Positions 34,008 through 47,113 of a stretch of DNA of 64,000 nt are shown here, in pieces. Both the position numbers and the translations under genes were made by a program. The stretch is from the NCBI RefSeq assembly GCF_009914755.1, contig NC_060946.1. One strand, 5' to 3'. This DNA comes from the human T2T-CHM13v2.0 reference genome, Homo sapiens. A model generated the notes under the pieces. That model made no database searches. It saw only the letters and a list, made by a program, of their open reading frames with translations, and had not been told where the DNA came from. Every line of letters starts with the position of its first letter. Position 1 is the first letter of the stretch.

Positions 34008-36532
34008 TTACAGCCAAATGGTTTTTTACAAAGGCACCAAGAATATACACTGAGGAAAGGACAGTCTCTTCAGTAAGTGGACCAGGAAAATTGGATATCA
34101 GCATGCAGAAGAAGGAACCTAGACCCCTGTCTCCCACCACACACAAAAATCAGCTCAAAATGGATTAAAGACATAAATGTAAGACTCGAAACTAGGAAAG
34201 TACTAGAAGAAAGCATAGAGAAAATGCCTCAGGACATTGGTCTGGACAAAGTGTTGTTTTTTTTTATAAGACCTCGAAAGCACAGGCAACAAAAGCAAAA
34301 ATAGACAAATGGGGAATGCAACAAGCCAAAAACATCTGCATGGCAAAGGAAACAATCCACAGAGAGAAGAGGCAACCTATAGAATGGGAGGGAATATTTG
34401 CAAACTATCCACCCAACAAAGAATTAATGTCCAGAACACAGAAGGAGCTCAAATAACTCAACAGGAAGAAAAAAAATACAATTTTTAAATGGGCAAAAGA
34501 CTTGAATAGACATTTCTCAAAAGAAGACATGCAGATAGCCAACAGATACATGAAAAACAAATGTTCAACGTTGCCAGTCGTCAGGGAAATACAATAAAAC
34601 CACAATAAGATATTATCTCACCCCAGTTAAAATTGCTATAATCAAAAAGACAGAACATGGCAAATGCTGGCAAGAATGCAGAGAAAGGGGAACTCGGCCA
34701 CTGTTGGTGGGGATGTAAATCAGTACAGCTGTTATGGAAAACAGTCCGGAGCTTCCTCAAAAAACTACAACTAGCGCTACCATATGATCCTGCAATCCCA
34801 CTCCTGGGTATATGTCCAAAGGAAAGAAAATCAGCATGTTGAAGAGATGTCTGTACTCCCATGTTTATTGTGTCATTATTCACAATAGCCAAGATATGGG
34901 AGCAACCTAAGTGTCTATCAGTGGATGAATAGATAAAGAAAATGTGATACATATACACAGTGGAATATTACTCAGCCATAAAAAATAATGAAATATCATC
35001 ATTTGCAACAACACGGATGAGCCTGGAGGACATTATGTTAGTGAATTAAGTCAGGCGCAGGAAGACAAATTGTCTCTCATATGTAGGAGCTAAAAAGTCA
35101 ATCTCACAGAGGCAGAGAGTAGAATGGAGGTCACCAGAGGATAGAAAGGGGATCGGGGAGCAGAGGGGAGGAAGAGATTGGTTAACAAGTACAAAATGAC
35201 AGCCGGATAGGAGGAATGATCTCTATCGTTCTATAACACAGCAGGAAGTCTATAGCGGACGATTTTTGTATATTTCAAAATAGTTAGATGGGAAGATTTT
35301 GAAAATAGCTAGTGTTCCCCCAACACCAAGAAATGACACATGTTTAAGCCTTCAGATATTAACACCCCAGCCGACCTCAAGAAGAGCAGAGACCGGCTCT
35401 CCCAGGGGGACCCTGCCTAGACTGCGGATTCGTGAGCAAAATCAATGCTGTTTAAATCCACTAAGACGTTTCAAAGTCATTTGTTATGGAGCAGAACAGA
35501 TAGGTATTCCATAAATATATGTTGAATGAATAAGGGAATAAACATTTCAGGGAAGACAGAGAAAGGAGAGGCTGCAGGGGAGACTGATGGGGGTGAGGAG
35601 GGTAGAGGGAATCAGAGAGTGAGAGTGAGTGACCTGAGGGCACACAGCAGGCTGGCGGCCAAAATTTTAAGTGTGGTGTCCCATGATGGATATCTTTATT
35701 CTGCCTTTCTTCCTTCCCTCCTCCTTTCCTTTTATATTGAGAATCTCCATCTCCCACATACACAAAAAGCTAGGAATACAAAAGTAGAAGATCAAGACCA
35801 ATGAGAAAAGCAGAGGGAAATATGCCAAATGATGAGTTGTTGCTGATGAGATTCGGATTGGCCTGAGCTTCCTGGCAGCTGGGGCAAAAAGGGAAACAGG
35901 ATACATTACTCAGTTCTCCTTACTGGAAAAGGAGAAGCATGTCAGTTTCTTAGCGAGATGGGTTTTCTTAACACCATGCCAGGCGAAAGCTCTTACGTGC
36001 TCTGCTGTAAGAGGCACTGGGTGACATCATGCCCTCAACAGCAAGCAAAGAAGTGGCTTCCTTGTTACTTAAAAGAACTTCTTCGCTGAAGGCCGAAGCC
36101 CAGAGCATGTCCTGACATCTTTACAGAACCTGGAGGACAGCATGGCCCTTACTGGGGTCACAGGCATCTGAGAGCATGTTTGAAATAATGATTCCAGGTC
36201 CCTCCATCGGAGAGACAGACTCAGAACTTGGGAGTCTATATCTTAACAGATACCCCAGGTGAGGCTGGTGTGTATCCAGGTTTGAGTTTCCCTCCCTAAG
36301 ATCATCTTTCCTAAATCTCAAGAAAACACAGCCAGCCCCTGTCTTCTGCCTTTGCTCCCTCTGATCTTCCCAAGCTGCTGAGACATTCCACGGTATCCGC
36401 ATTTTACAGATGGAAAGGCTGAGCCTGACTGATGCTGCTGCAGCTCACGGGTGGAGGCACTGAGGTTCAAAGCCAGGGTGACTCATTGGAATCCAAGGAG
36501 CTGCTGGCTGACACCAGAAAGAAGCTAGTCCT

Positions 36533-36749
36533 CCCAGCACTTTGGGAGGCTGAGGCAGACAGATTACCTGAGGTCAGGAGTTCGAGACCAGCCTGGCCAA
36601 CATGGTGAAACCCCACCTCTACTAAAAATACAAAAAAATTAGCTGTGCATGGTGGCGCATGCCTATAATCCCAGCTCCCGGGGAGGCTAAGGCAGGGGAA
36701 TCGCTTGAACCCGGGAGGTGGAGGTTGCAGTGAACCGAGATTTCGCCAT
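36533..36749 (+). mobile_element. Alu fragment truncated at both ends
   Basis: Runs from cccagcactttgg to gagatttcgccat; no tail. Confidence 0.85.
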
Positions 36750-37045
36750 ACTCAGGATTTTGCCTTCTGGAGTGTAAAGTCAGACAGGGGCACTTCATGT
36801 GACACACATCAGCCCTTCACAAACACGACCCAGCCTCATTCCTTCAAGAAGCGTGTTTTGACCATCTATTGTGTGCCAGGTTGTTGTAAGTGCTGGAGAT
36901 GCAGCAGGAAGCCAGACCAGCCCAGTGTACTAACTAGATGTAATATATTAACTGTATTTTCTTACTTTCTATATTCTTGAGGCTCCGGCATCTGGGACCT
37001 CGTGACTAAGAATTAGCACCTCTCCCAGGGTTAGCTAATTCCTAG

Positions 37046-37429
<384 letters not shown>

Positions 37430-37458
37430 CTGAGTATCTTTCAAAATACCCAGCCCTG

Positions 37459-37801
<343 letters not shown>

Positions 37802-40800
37802 TCAGTTTTCAAAGCAGGAGGACCCGGGGAGCCCCAGCGCTGCCCTGGGGTGGGGTTGGTTCTGGAGGGTGTCCAGCAAGTAGCCCTGGCCTCCCCCACG
37901 CCCCAGGGCCCATAAATGTGGACGTAGAAGCCAAAGACACAAGAACACAATGGCAGAAATGGGGACAGAGGGACCCAGCGATCACGTGTAACCGGAGATC
38001 CTGTGTGAATCCATTTGGTTGGAGCTCTACAATTATACTTTCGGGCAAAAAATGAGACTCCGTGGTAGACTGAAGCGGACACGGGTTTAACTACTGATTT
38101 CAATCTTTTAAAGGACTCCCACAGACACTGAAGGAGTGGGCTCCGAAAGAGCTAGAACTCACGTCCCAGAAAGATGAGTCAGCCTTAACCATGACCACTC
38201 AGAAGTCACAACCAAACTCTGGGCTGGAGCCCTGGCCTGCCACTGAGGACTCCCTGAACCTCAGTTTCCTGGTCTGTCAAATGGGAAACAGTCACCTTCA
38301 GATGACAGGATTGCAGGTTCCAGCCTTACCCTCCCCGTGGGGAGAGGGTCCTCCGGACTTTCCTCTTAGCCTGCCGTCCTCTCCCGTGCCCTGCTCTCCT
38401 CCTCCTCCTCTCTACTCAGAAACACCTTGGGCCTCTTGCAGCTTGACTTAAGTCAAGTTGCTTCTTTCCCGAAAACACCCTCTTCAACCCACCCCCTCGG
38501 GCTGCAGCGGATCCCACCTCTCCCAGCCCTCGTCCCTGCCCCACCTCACACCCTCCACTTCCTCCCCTCCTTTCCTCCCCACCGCTCACCCCCAGCCCCT
38601 TGCTGACCCCATGGACATTGGAGACCTCCACCTCCCAGCAGCCAGGGATATGGCCAGTCACTTCCTGGAAGGCCCTCATCTGGGAGCCTCTGACCACACC
38701 TGGGTTCCTTCATCCATCCCTCTGCTGCTCCCCCTTATTCCCATGATGGCCCCTCCAGGATCTCACAGGCTGGTCCCTTCATTCCCACCAGCAGCCCCCT
38801 CCTCCCCACCTCCCACCTCGATGCTGCCAATGCCAGGGGCTATGTTCCCAGGATCCCTTGCATCCAGGTGTGAGCATGGACCCACCCTGGCCACAGGGGC
38901 TGAGCGCAGCCAGGGTAGGCATGGTCAAGTCAGGATGTGACACCTGAGACTGCAGCAGCCATCTGTGACCTCAGGGAGGAGTGACACAGAGAGAGGCTGC
39001 CCCTGGTTTGTCTGGAACCTCCATCCATCCCACCCCATGACACACCTCCTGGGCCCGCAGGAGACCTTGGGCTTCCTCCAGGCCCCTACCGCAGTGACTT
39101 TGGCGCGGGGCAGAACCCAGGGCCCCTCTTCGTGCACGTGATACGCATGCATGCACTGGACCTGCAAGTGTGTTTTCCTGTCCCTAGCAGAAAAGGGCCC
39201 AGTCCCAAAACTACAGCTGCCTGGTTGGAAAGGGGAAGTGGGAGTCAGGGAGCAGCTGAGTCGAGGGTAGAGGCCCAGGGGCGTGGGGGAGAGGGAGAGA
39301 CCCAAAGCAGAACTAGACCAGCCTCGTGCCCAGCGCCTCTGCATTCCCTCTCAAGCCACCCAGCCCTTACATTTGGCTGTTCCTACAGCCAGGGACACCG
39401 TCTCCTCACCTTCTCCCTCAAAAAGTCCTGTTTGACCTTCAATAGTGTCAAACTACTGATTTCAATCCTCAGACCAAACAGTCAAGACTCCAGATGAGCA
39501 TTCATGCTCACTGAATGGGTTAAGAGCCCCTCTGTGCCCTGGGCTTATCGCAGAGCATGGGTGCTGGCTGTTTAATTTTCTGTCCCCAGCACCCAGCTGT
39601 CAGCCTGGCTCAGAGTCTGTGCTCAGAACTCGTAGCCATCTACGAGGTATGAGGTATGAGATAATCTCACCTAAAATTGTCCCTCCATTTGAAATCCCAG
39701 CACTTGATTCCCCCGCTTGGGTTGAAGTGCCCATAGATGCAGGATGCACACCATCTCCAGACGGCAGGACCAGGTGCTCAGACATCCGCGTGTGTGGCAC
39801 ACCTGTCACTCGAAGCTGGGCTATGTCCTTCCTGGCTTGCTTTTGCAATCCCTTCATCTACACAGGAGAGGAGGCCTGACTACATTCGCTTTGCAGACAG
39901 GGACACAGACGCAGAGGTAAAGTCGCAAATCCCACACTGGTAATGTTGGGATTTGAACCCAAGTCCAGGGGTTCTCAGGCAAGAGGGAGGTCACCTACGT
40001 GGGACACCGTTAAGGAGAAACGGAGAAGGCAGCTTTGGCCCCCACCCTGCTCAGCCTCTGCTAGGCGTCAAGGCTGGTGTGTGTTAACATGCGGAGACTG
40101 ACATTCTGGGCTCCCGCAAGCACCCTGAATGTGGCCACCACCCTGTCCACTTTCTCTCCCCACGCTCCTCCCAACCCCTTTTCCCACAGCTCCTACCCTC
40201 TCTTTTGTTGTTGGTGGTGATGAATAAAATGTCTAAATACCAAGAAGATTCAAATCACCGTAAATCCTACAACACAGGGACAGTGACTGTCACCACATTG
40301 GTGACTGTCCTTTCCAGATAAGATCTTTCATCATCTGCTTACCTGGGAGGCAGTGAGTGGGCGAGCCACGAACCACATCCAGCCCATGGCGTTGGCCTCC
40401 ACCATGTTCTCCAGCTCAGCATTTTGCCATTTTGTCAAACTACTTGAGGATGAATCTCACACAAAAGCAGATGAATGCAGCCATGCTTGGAAAACAGAGA
40501 AACCAGCCATCCTGTACTCTTGTCTCTCCATGGTGGCAGTCAGCTGGGGCCAGGACCAGCTGCCCACTTCATATGGGACAAGCCACTCCATTTTGCTACA
40601 GTCCCCACCGTTCCCCGCTGTGTCCCTAAGTGGGCCCACTCCCCTCATTTGCTTATTGTCTCACCCTTCAGGGCATTCAAGCTGGCAACCCCTGCTCTAG
40701 GCCTCTCCAACCGCTAACATCGATCAAAAACTGACGACAGACCGAGCGCCACTCCAACACACTTGACACAGCTTGACTCAGAGATCCCGTCACCAATGAT

Positions 40801-41046
40801 ATGAGGCAAGCACCCTTATTATGCCTATTTTACAGATGAAGAAACTGAGGCTCAGGGAGGTGAAGTCAATCACCTAAGACCATGGTAAGAAAGTGGCAAG
40901 GCTGGAATTTGAGCCCAGACCATCTGGATCCCGAGTCTGGGCTCCCGATCCCCAGGCTACATGAAAACACACAAACTCACAGTTCTATGTCGAGGATAAC
41001 TTTCCATGTTTATCAATATAACCTAGGATCAAAAATAGCAAGAGGG

Positions 41047-41340
41047 GGCCAGGTGCGATGGCTCATGCTTGTAATTCTAGCACGTTGGGAGGCTGAAGCG
41101 GGCTGATCACTTGAGGCCAGGAGTTCAAGACTAGCCTGACCAACATGGTGAAACCCTGTCTCTACTAAAAAAAAATACAAAAAGTTATCTGAGCATGGTG
41201 GTGTGTGCCTGTAGTCCCAGCTACTCGGGAGGCTGAGGCATGAGCATCATTTGAGCCTGGGAATCAGAAGTTGCAGTGAGCTGCCACTGCACTCCAGCCT
41301 GGGAGACAGAGAAAGACTCTGTCTCAATAAATAAATACAT
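41047..41340 (+). mobile_element. Alu
   Basis: TSD atagcaagag. Confidence 0.88.
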
Positions 41341-41688
41341 AGCAAGAGTGAATGTTGTTTTTATCTGCCTAGCTTTCCTTTTTTTAGAGAAATGCCCCTC
41401 ACCTTGTGGCTCTGGTGGGCCTGTCCATCCCCTCTCACCTCCCTTCTGGCCACATGGCTGGGCACATAACCCAGGCCTGACCCATCATGCTGTTTCTCCC
41501 ACGCTGTTGCAATGATTGTTCCAGGGGTGGGGCACATGACCCAGGCCTAGCCAATCACAGTCTTTTCCTGGGAAATTTCTTTTTGGTAAGCCCTCTCTCT
41601 GAAATCAAAGATGATTTGATGTGAGCCTGGAACTGAGAGACAGAGAGGGAGGGAGAGAATTAACAAGGACACTTAAGAGTCTCGGGTA

Positions 41689-42235
<547 letters not shown>

Positions 42236-42786
42236 TTATCAGTGGTGCTAGGAGGAGCCTCTGCGTTACGGGCAAGTTCTAGAACTTGAACATCAGCATG
42301 TGCCCCACTGCCCTTGACCCCCATCCCTGCCTATGGCTTACTGGGTCGCAGGCCCTCCTTCCTGGATCCAGCTTCCTTCTCTCCCATTGCCCGTGCTCTT
42401 GGTCACTGGATGAGGAGTGACAGGTCTGGGGGAAATCAGGCACATCTAGAGAGATCTGTGCTCTGGAAACCCTACTCACAGCTCAGGTTCACAGGCAGAC
42501 CTTCAGCAGTTTCAGGATGCTCCACTATGAGAGCCTCCAGGACGCTGTCTCCAGTTCTGAATCCTTGAGGAAAAAATCAGAAATCAGAGAAAATGAGAAA
42601 GGGGAAGGACTGCAGAGAGGATTCACTCCCCCAACACACACCTTGCCCACCACCTGCCACCTCCCATCTGGCCTAGTGACTCAACCATGTGCCCCATGAG
42701 GGCAGGACGTTTGTCTGTGCCAATGCCAGGAACAGTGCACGGCTCATAGCAGGCCTTCAATAAACATCAAAGGAATAAATAAATGA

Positions 42787-42817
42787 ATGGATGGATGGAT
42801 GGATGGATGGATGGATG
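42787..42817 (+). repeat. (GGAT)n microsatellite
   Basis: About 7 tandem ATGG units at an L2-type 3' end. Confidence 0.9.
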
Positions 42818-44189
42818 GGCACTCTGACTGTGCAGCCAAAATGGGCTTAAGGGCAGATTCTGCTTCTAACTCACTCTGTTAAGTCCCTTCCCTCTCCCAG
42901 CCTCCGTTTCCCATCTGTAAGATGAGGCCATGGAATCAGACCTCCTCTAAGCTTCTTCCATCTCTCTCGCCCTTGGGCCATTGGCATCACGTGAGGAATT
43001 CTGAGCTTTTGGACAAACAGAAGATGTTACCCAGATGGTTTTGCTATTATTTGATTCAGATGCTAGACCCTTCCTATCTCTCCCTCAAAGGAAGTGCAGG
43101 GAGTGGGGAGGGCAGGTCGGTGAACTTCTGAAATGTTTAAAGTGACGCTTGTACAAGCTGAGTGTGGGGATCTGAAGTCAGACAGTTCAGGGCTTGAATC
43201 TGAACTTTGCTTTCTCCTGGCTGCGTGACCTTGGGCAAGTGATTTAACCTCTCTGAACTCAGTTCCCTCATCTATGAAAGAGGGGTTGTAATAATGTAAT
43301 TTGTTGAATGGTGGAAAGGGTTAAATGAGATGACAAGCACTTAGCACAGTGTCTGGCACTCCATAGCAGGCACTCCAGAAATAGCAGTGATGGTTTTTTT
43401 AGGACCTCCCAGATCTCGTGTTTGGAGACTCTCATTTGTTGTCCCAGAACCAACTGCGGATCCCCTGCCTGGTACACAGGTGGGAACCAGAGCCTGATGT
43501 AGCGCAGAAGGACTGATCTCAGGCCAGAAAGTTTTAAGGGGATTCCTTCCCGTTTTCATCCTTCCTCCTACCTGGAATTTAGACATGATAGCTGGAGATC
43601 AAGCAGCCACTTTGGACCATGAAGAGAATTTGAGGACAGCAGCCGAAAGTTAGAAGGATCCTGGATCCATGCCCAGGCTGCTACAGGGCAGCCGTGTGTT
43701 GCCCACTTCAGGTTTCTTTCTTGTAAGAGATCAATAAACCTCTAGTTTCTTTAAACCATTATTATTATTTGGGTTTTCTGTTTCATGTAGGCAAACCTAA
43801 CCTGAACTGTCTCCATTTTGTAGATGATTTTAAATGATTAAAAATGAGGCTCGGAGGGGAAGGAAGAAGATCACACAGCTCACAAGAGCTGAGTCAGGAT
43901 TCAAATCCAGTTCTCTGTGACTCCCCTGGGTCCAGCTTCCTGCTCTCCTCATTGCCTGTGCTATTGGTTCCCAGCAAATCTTGCAGCCAAACCTGGACAA
44001 GGAGTGACGGAGAAAATGATGAAGTCAGTTCTGCTAAACTCTTTGCTGCTCACAGTGAAAGAGTCCCTCCCTCCCAGGCTGTCTGCATATAAGCCGTTAA
44101 ACATGACCAGCGTTGTGGGAAAGAGGGAGGGGAGGTGTCATCACAACGGACCTCACAGAGGAGGTGGTATTTGAGGTATGTCTTAGAGA

Positions 44190-45085
<896 letters not shown>

Positions 45086-45405
45086 CACATTTCTAGTTTT
45101 AAAATGGCCAAGGGCATGGTTTGTGGTGCCTCAGGCCCAAAGCAGTTGAGAAAAATCTAGTTTACCATGGAAATAATTGTAACAAGTTTTCCAGAAAAGA
45201 ACCATGAGTTATACAAGAACCCAGGTGGAGGCAGGGCAGGGGAGAAGCAGCGGGGTTCAAAAATCCTGAGCACACTAGACGGGGACTTAGTAGGCCTGGC
45301 TTCTGGGCCTGAATTGGCACTCACTCAAGTTCCAACTTGGTCAAGTGTTTCCCAGAAATAAGCCTCAGTTTTCTCTCCGAGGAAATGACAGCATTGGATT
45401 TCTTC

Positions 45406-45872
45406 TGTATCAGCAAGCTTTGGCTGCATAACAAAGCATCCCAGAAGTTGGTGGCTTAAACCACAAAAATGTATTATTTCCCACAGTGCTATGGGTCAGC
45501 AGTTTGGGTGGGACTCCGCTTGATGGTTCTTCTTCTGGTGTCCCCTGGCCTCACTGATGAGGCAGCAACCAGGGGACAGCCAAGACAGCCCAGCCTATCT
45601 CCTTGTGGTCCTCCGTCTTCCAACAGGCTAGCCCAGGCTTGTTCTCATGGTAGCCAGGCAGGGGGCTGAGAGCAAGAGCAGGAGCTGCAAGGCCTTTTAA
45701 AGCTCAGCCTCGAACATCACGGCACATCATTTCTGCCACGTGCTATTGGTCAAAGAGATGCCCAAGGCCAGCTCAGCTTCCAAGGAAGGAGAAATGGACT
45801 TCGCCCCTTGACAGCAGAAGCGGCGGCATAGTGAAAAGGAGGTGAACTTGTAGCTAGCTTTCACATCTGCCG
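45406..45872. mobile_element. MLT1-type MaLR LTR
   Basis: ctgcataacaaagcatcccagaagttggtggcttaaa...ttctgccacgtgctattggtcaaa. Confidence 0.65.
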
Positions 45873-46797
45873 TGATCTCCTCCATGTTCCCTTCATTCAT
45901 TCATTCATTCATTTGTTCATTCATTCCACACTTGCACACCCTCTATGTCCCCAGCATTTTATCACACACCAGAACACAAAAGGTAACCTTGCCCTCATGG
46001 GGCCTGGAGAGTAATGGGGAAACAGATGAATAACTCTGCATGTGTCCTGAAGTTATAGGGAATTCACATTTAATTTATACCTGTTTCTTTACAGCAAAGC
46101 TTTTTGCAGAAAGGATTTGAACCAACCTGCCAGAAAAGGCACAAGGAATAACATGATACATTTTAACCAAAGAAGATAATTAAAATCAAAGGAGAAAGTG
46201 TTTATTGAGCACCTACTATGTCCCAAGCATCTCCGACACATCCTCTCACTCCATGGTTTCCATATCCCCGAGTTAGTGTTATTCCCCTTTCAGAGATAAG
46301 CAAAGCGAGGCTGACTAGCCCTAGCTGAGAGTCAAACAGCTGAGTCAGGCCCCAAAGTTCACACGACATCATAGAATAGCTGTCGATGAGCTTTGGATTT
46401 GACGATGAGTTTCCCAGCAGCCTGGGGGAGAAGGAAAGTGGAACATATTACCCGATTGTTCACTAGACAAGAAAAAGCCAGATATTTCTTTGAAGGGAAG
46501 CAAAGCCCTTCCTAGCAGTGAATTCATTTGTCTCTTCTCAAGTGGGAGTTGGAAGAGAGCTTGTGGGGTGGAACACAGGGGGCCCTGCTAGGACTGTCCA
46601 AGTTGGGCGCTCCTATGGCATATATGTGAGGAGGCTGCCACGTGAATGCCCATGGTCCCCTGGAAAATGTTCGTCTTCAGTGAACATCGCCCTCGGTGTC
46701 TGTGCATGTGTACGTGTGTATGTGCATATGTGTCTGTGTGTTTCTTTCTGTCTCACTGTCTTTCTCTTTTTTATCTGGCCCTCCCCTCACTTCATCC

Positions 46798-46837
46798 GTT
46801 TGTTTGTTTGTTTGTTTGTTTGTTTGTTTGTTTGTTT
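46798..46837 (+). repeat. (GTTT)n microsatellite upstream of the CYTH4 promoter
   Basis: About 10 tandem GTTT units. Confidence 0.92.
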
Positions 46838-46859
46838 CCACCTCTGTCCCTCCCTGGCA

Positions 46860-47040
46860 AAGGTCCCTGCTGCTCAAAACTCTGCCAGTTTTTAGGAAGT
46901 GCTGTTTTGTCAAAAGCCTGCACACGAGACCCCCGTGGGCCAGGACTGACTTCCTCCCCACACAGGGCTGGGCGGGGCAAGCAGGAAGGAGCCTGTTACA
47001 GTCAAGGTGACGCATCCTTGCCGGGCCAGCCCGAGCAGCA
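46860..47040 (+). promoter_or_regulatory. CYTH4: CYTH4 TATA-less proximal promoter
   Basis: AGGAAGTG (46894-46901), PU.1-type ACTTCCTC (46949-46956) and GC box GGGCGGGG (46970-46977), 120-200 bp upstream of the ATG. Confidence 0.65.
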
Positions 47041-47094
47041 GCTGGGTCAGCAAGCGACAGGAGCACGGGTCATCTTTTCCCCAGAGGCGTCGGA

Positions 47095-47113
47095 ATGGAC
47101 CTGTGCCACCCAG
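47095..47113 (+). CDS. CYTH4: CYTH4 coding exon 1 (MDLCHP E)
   Basis: ggaATGGACCTGTGCCACCCAG|gtaagc; 19 nt, phase 1, joins exon 2 in frame. Confidence 0.95.

Noticed and set aside
35935-36181. Cluster of p53 half-sites (GAGCATGTCC, GAGCATGTTT)
   Set aside because: Adjacent decamers lack the CWWG core, so no full site is present.
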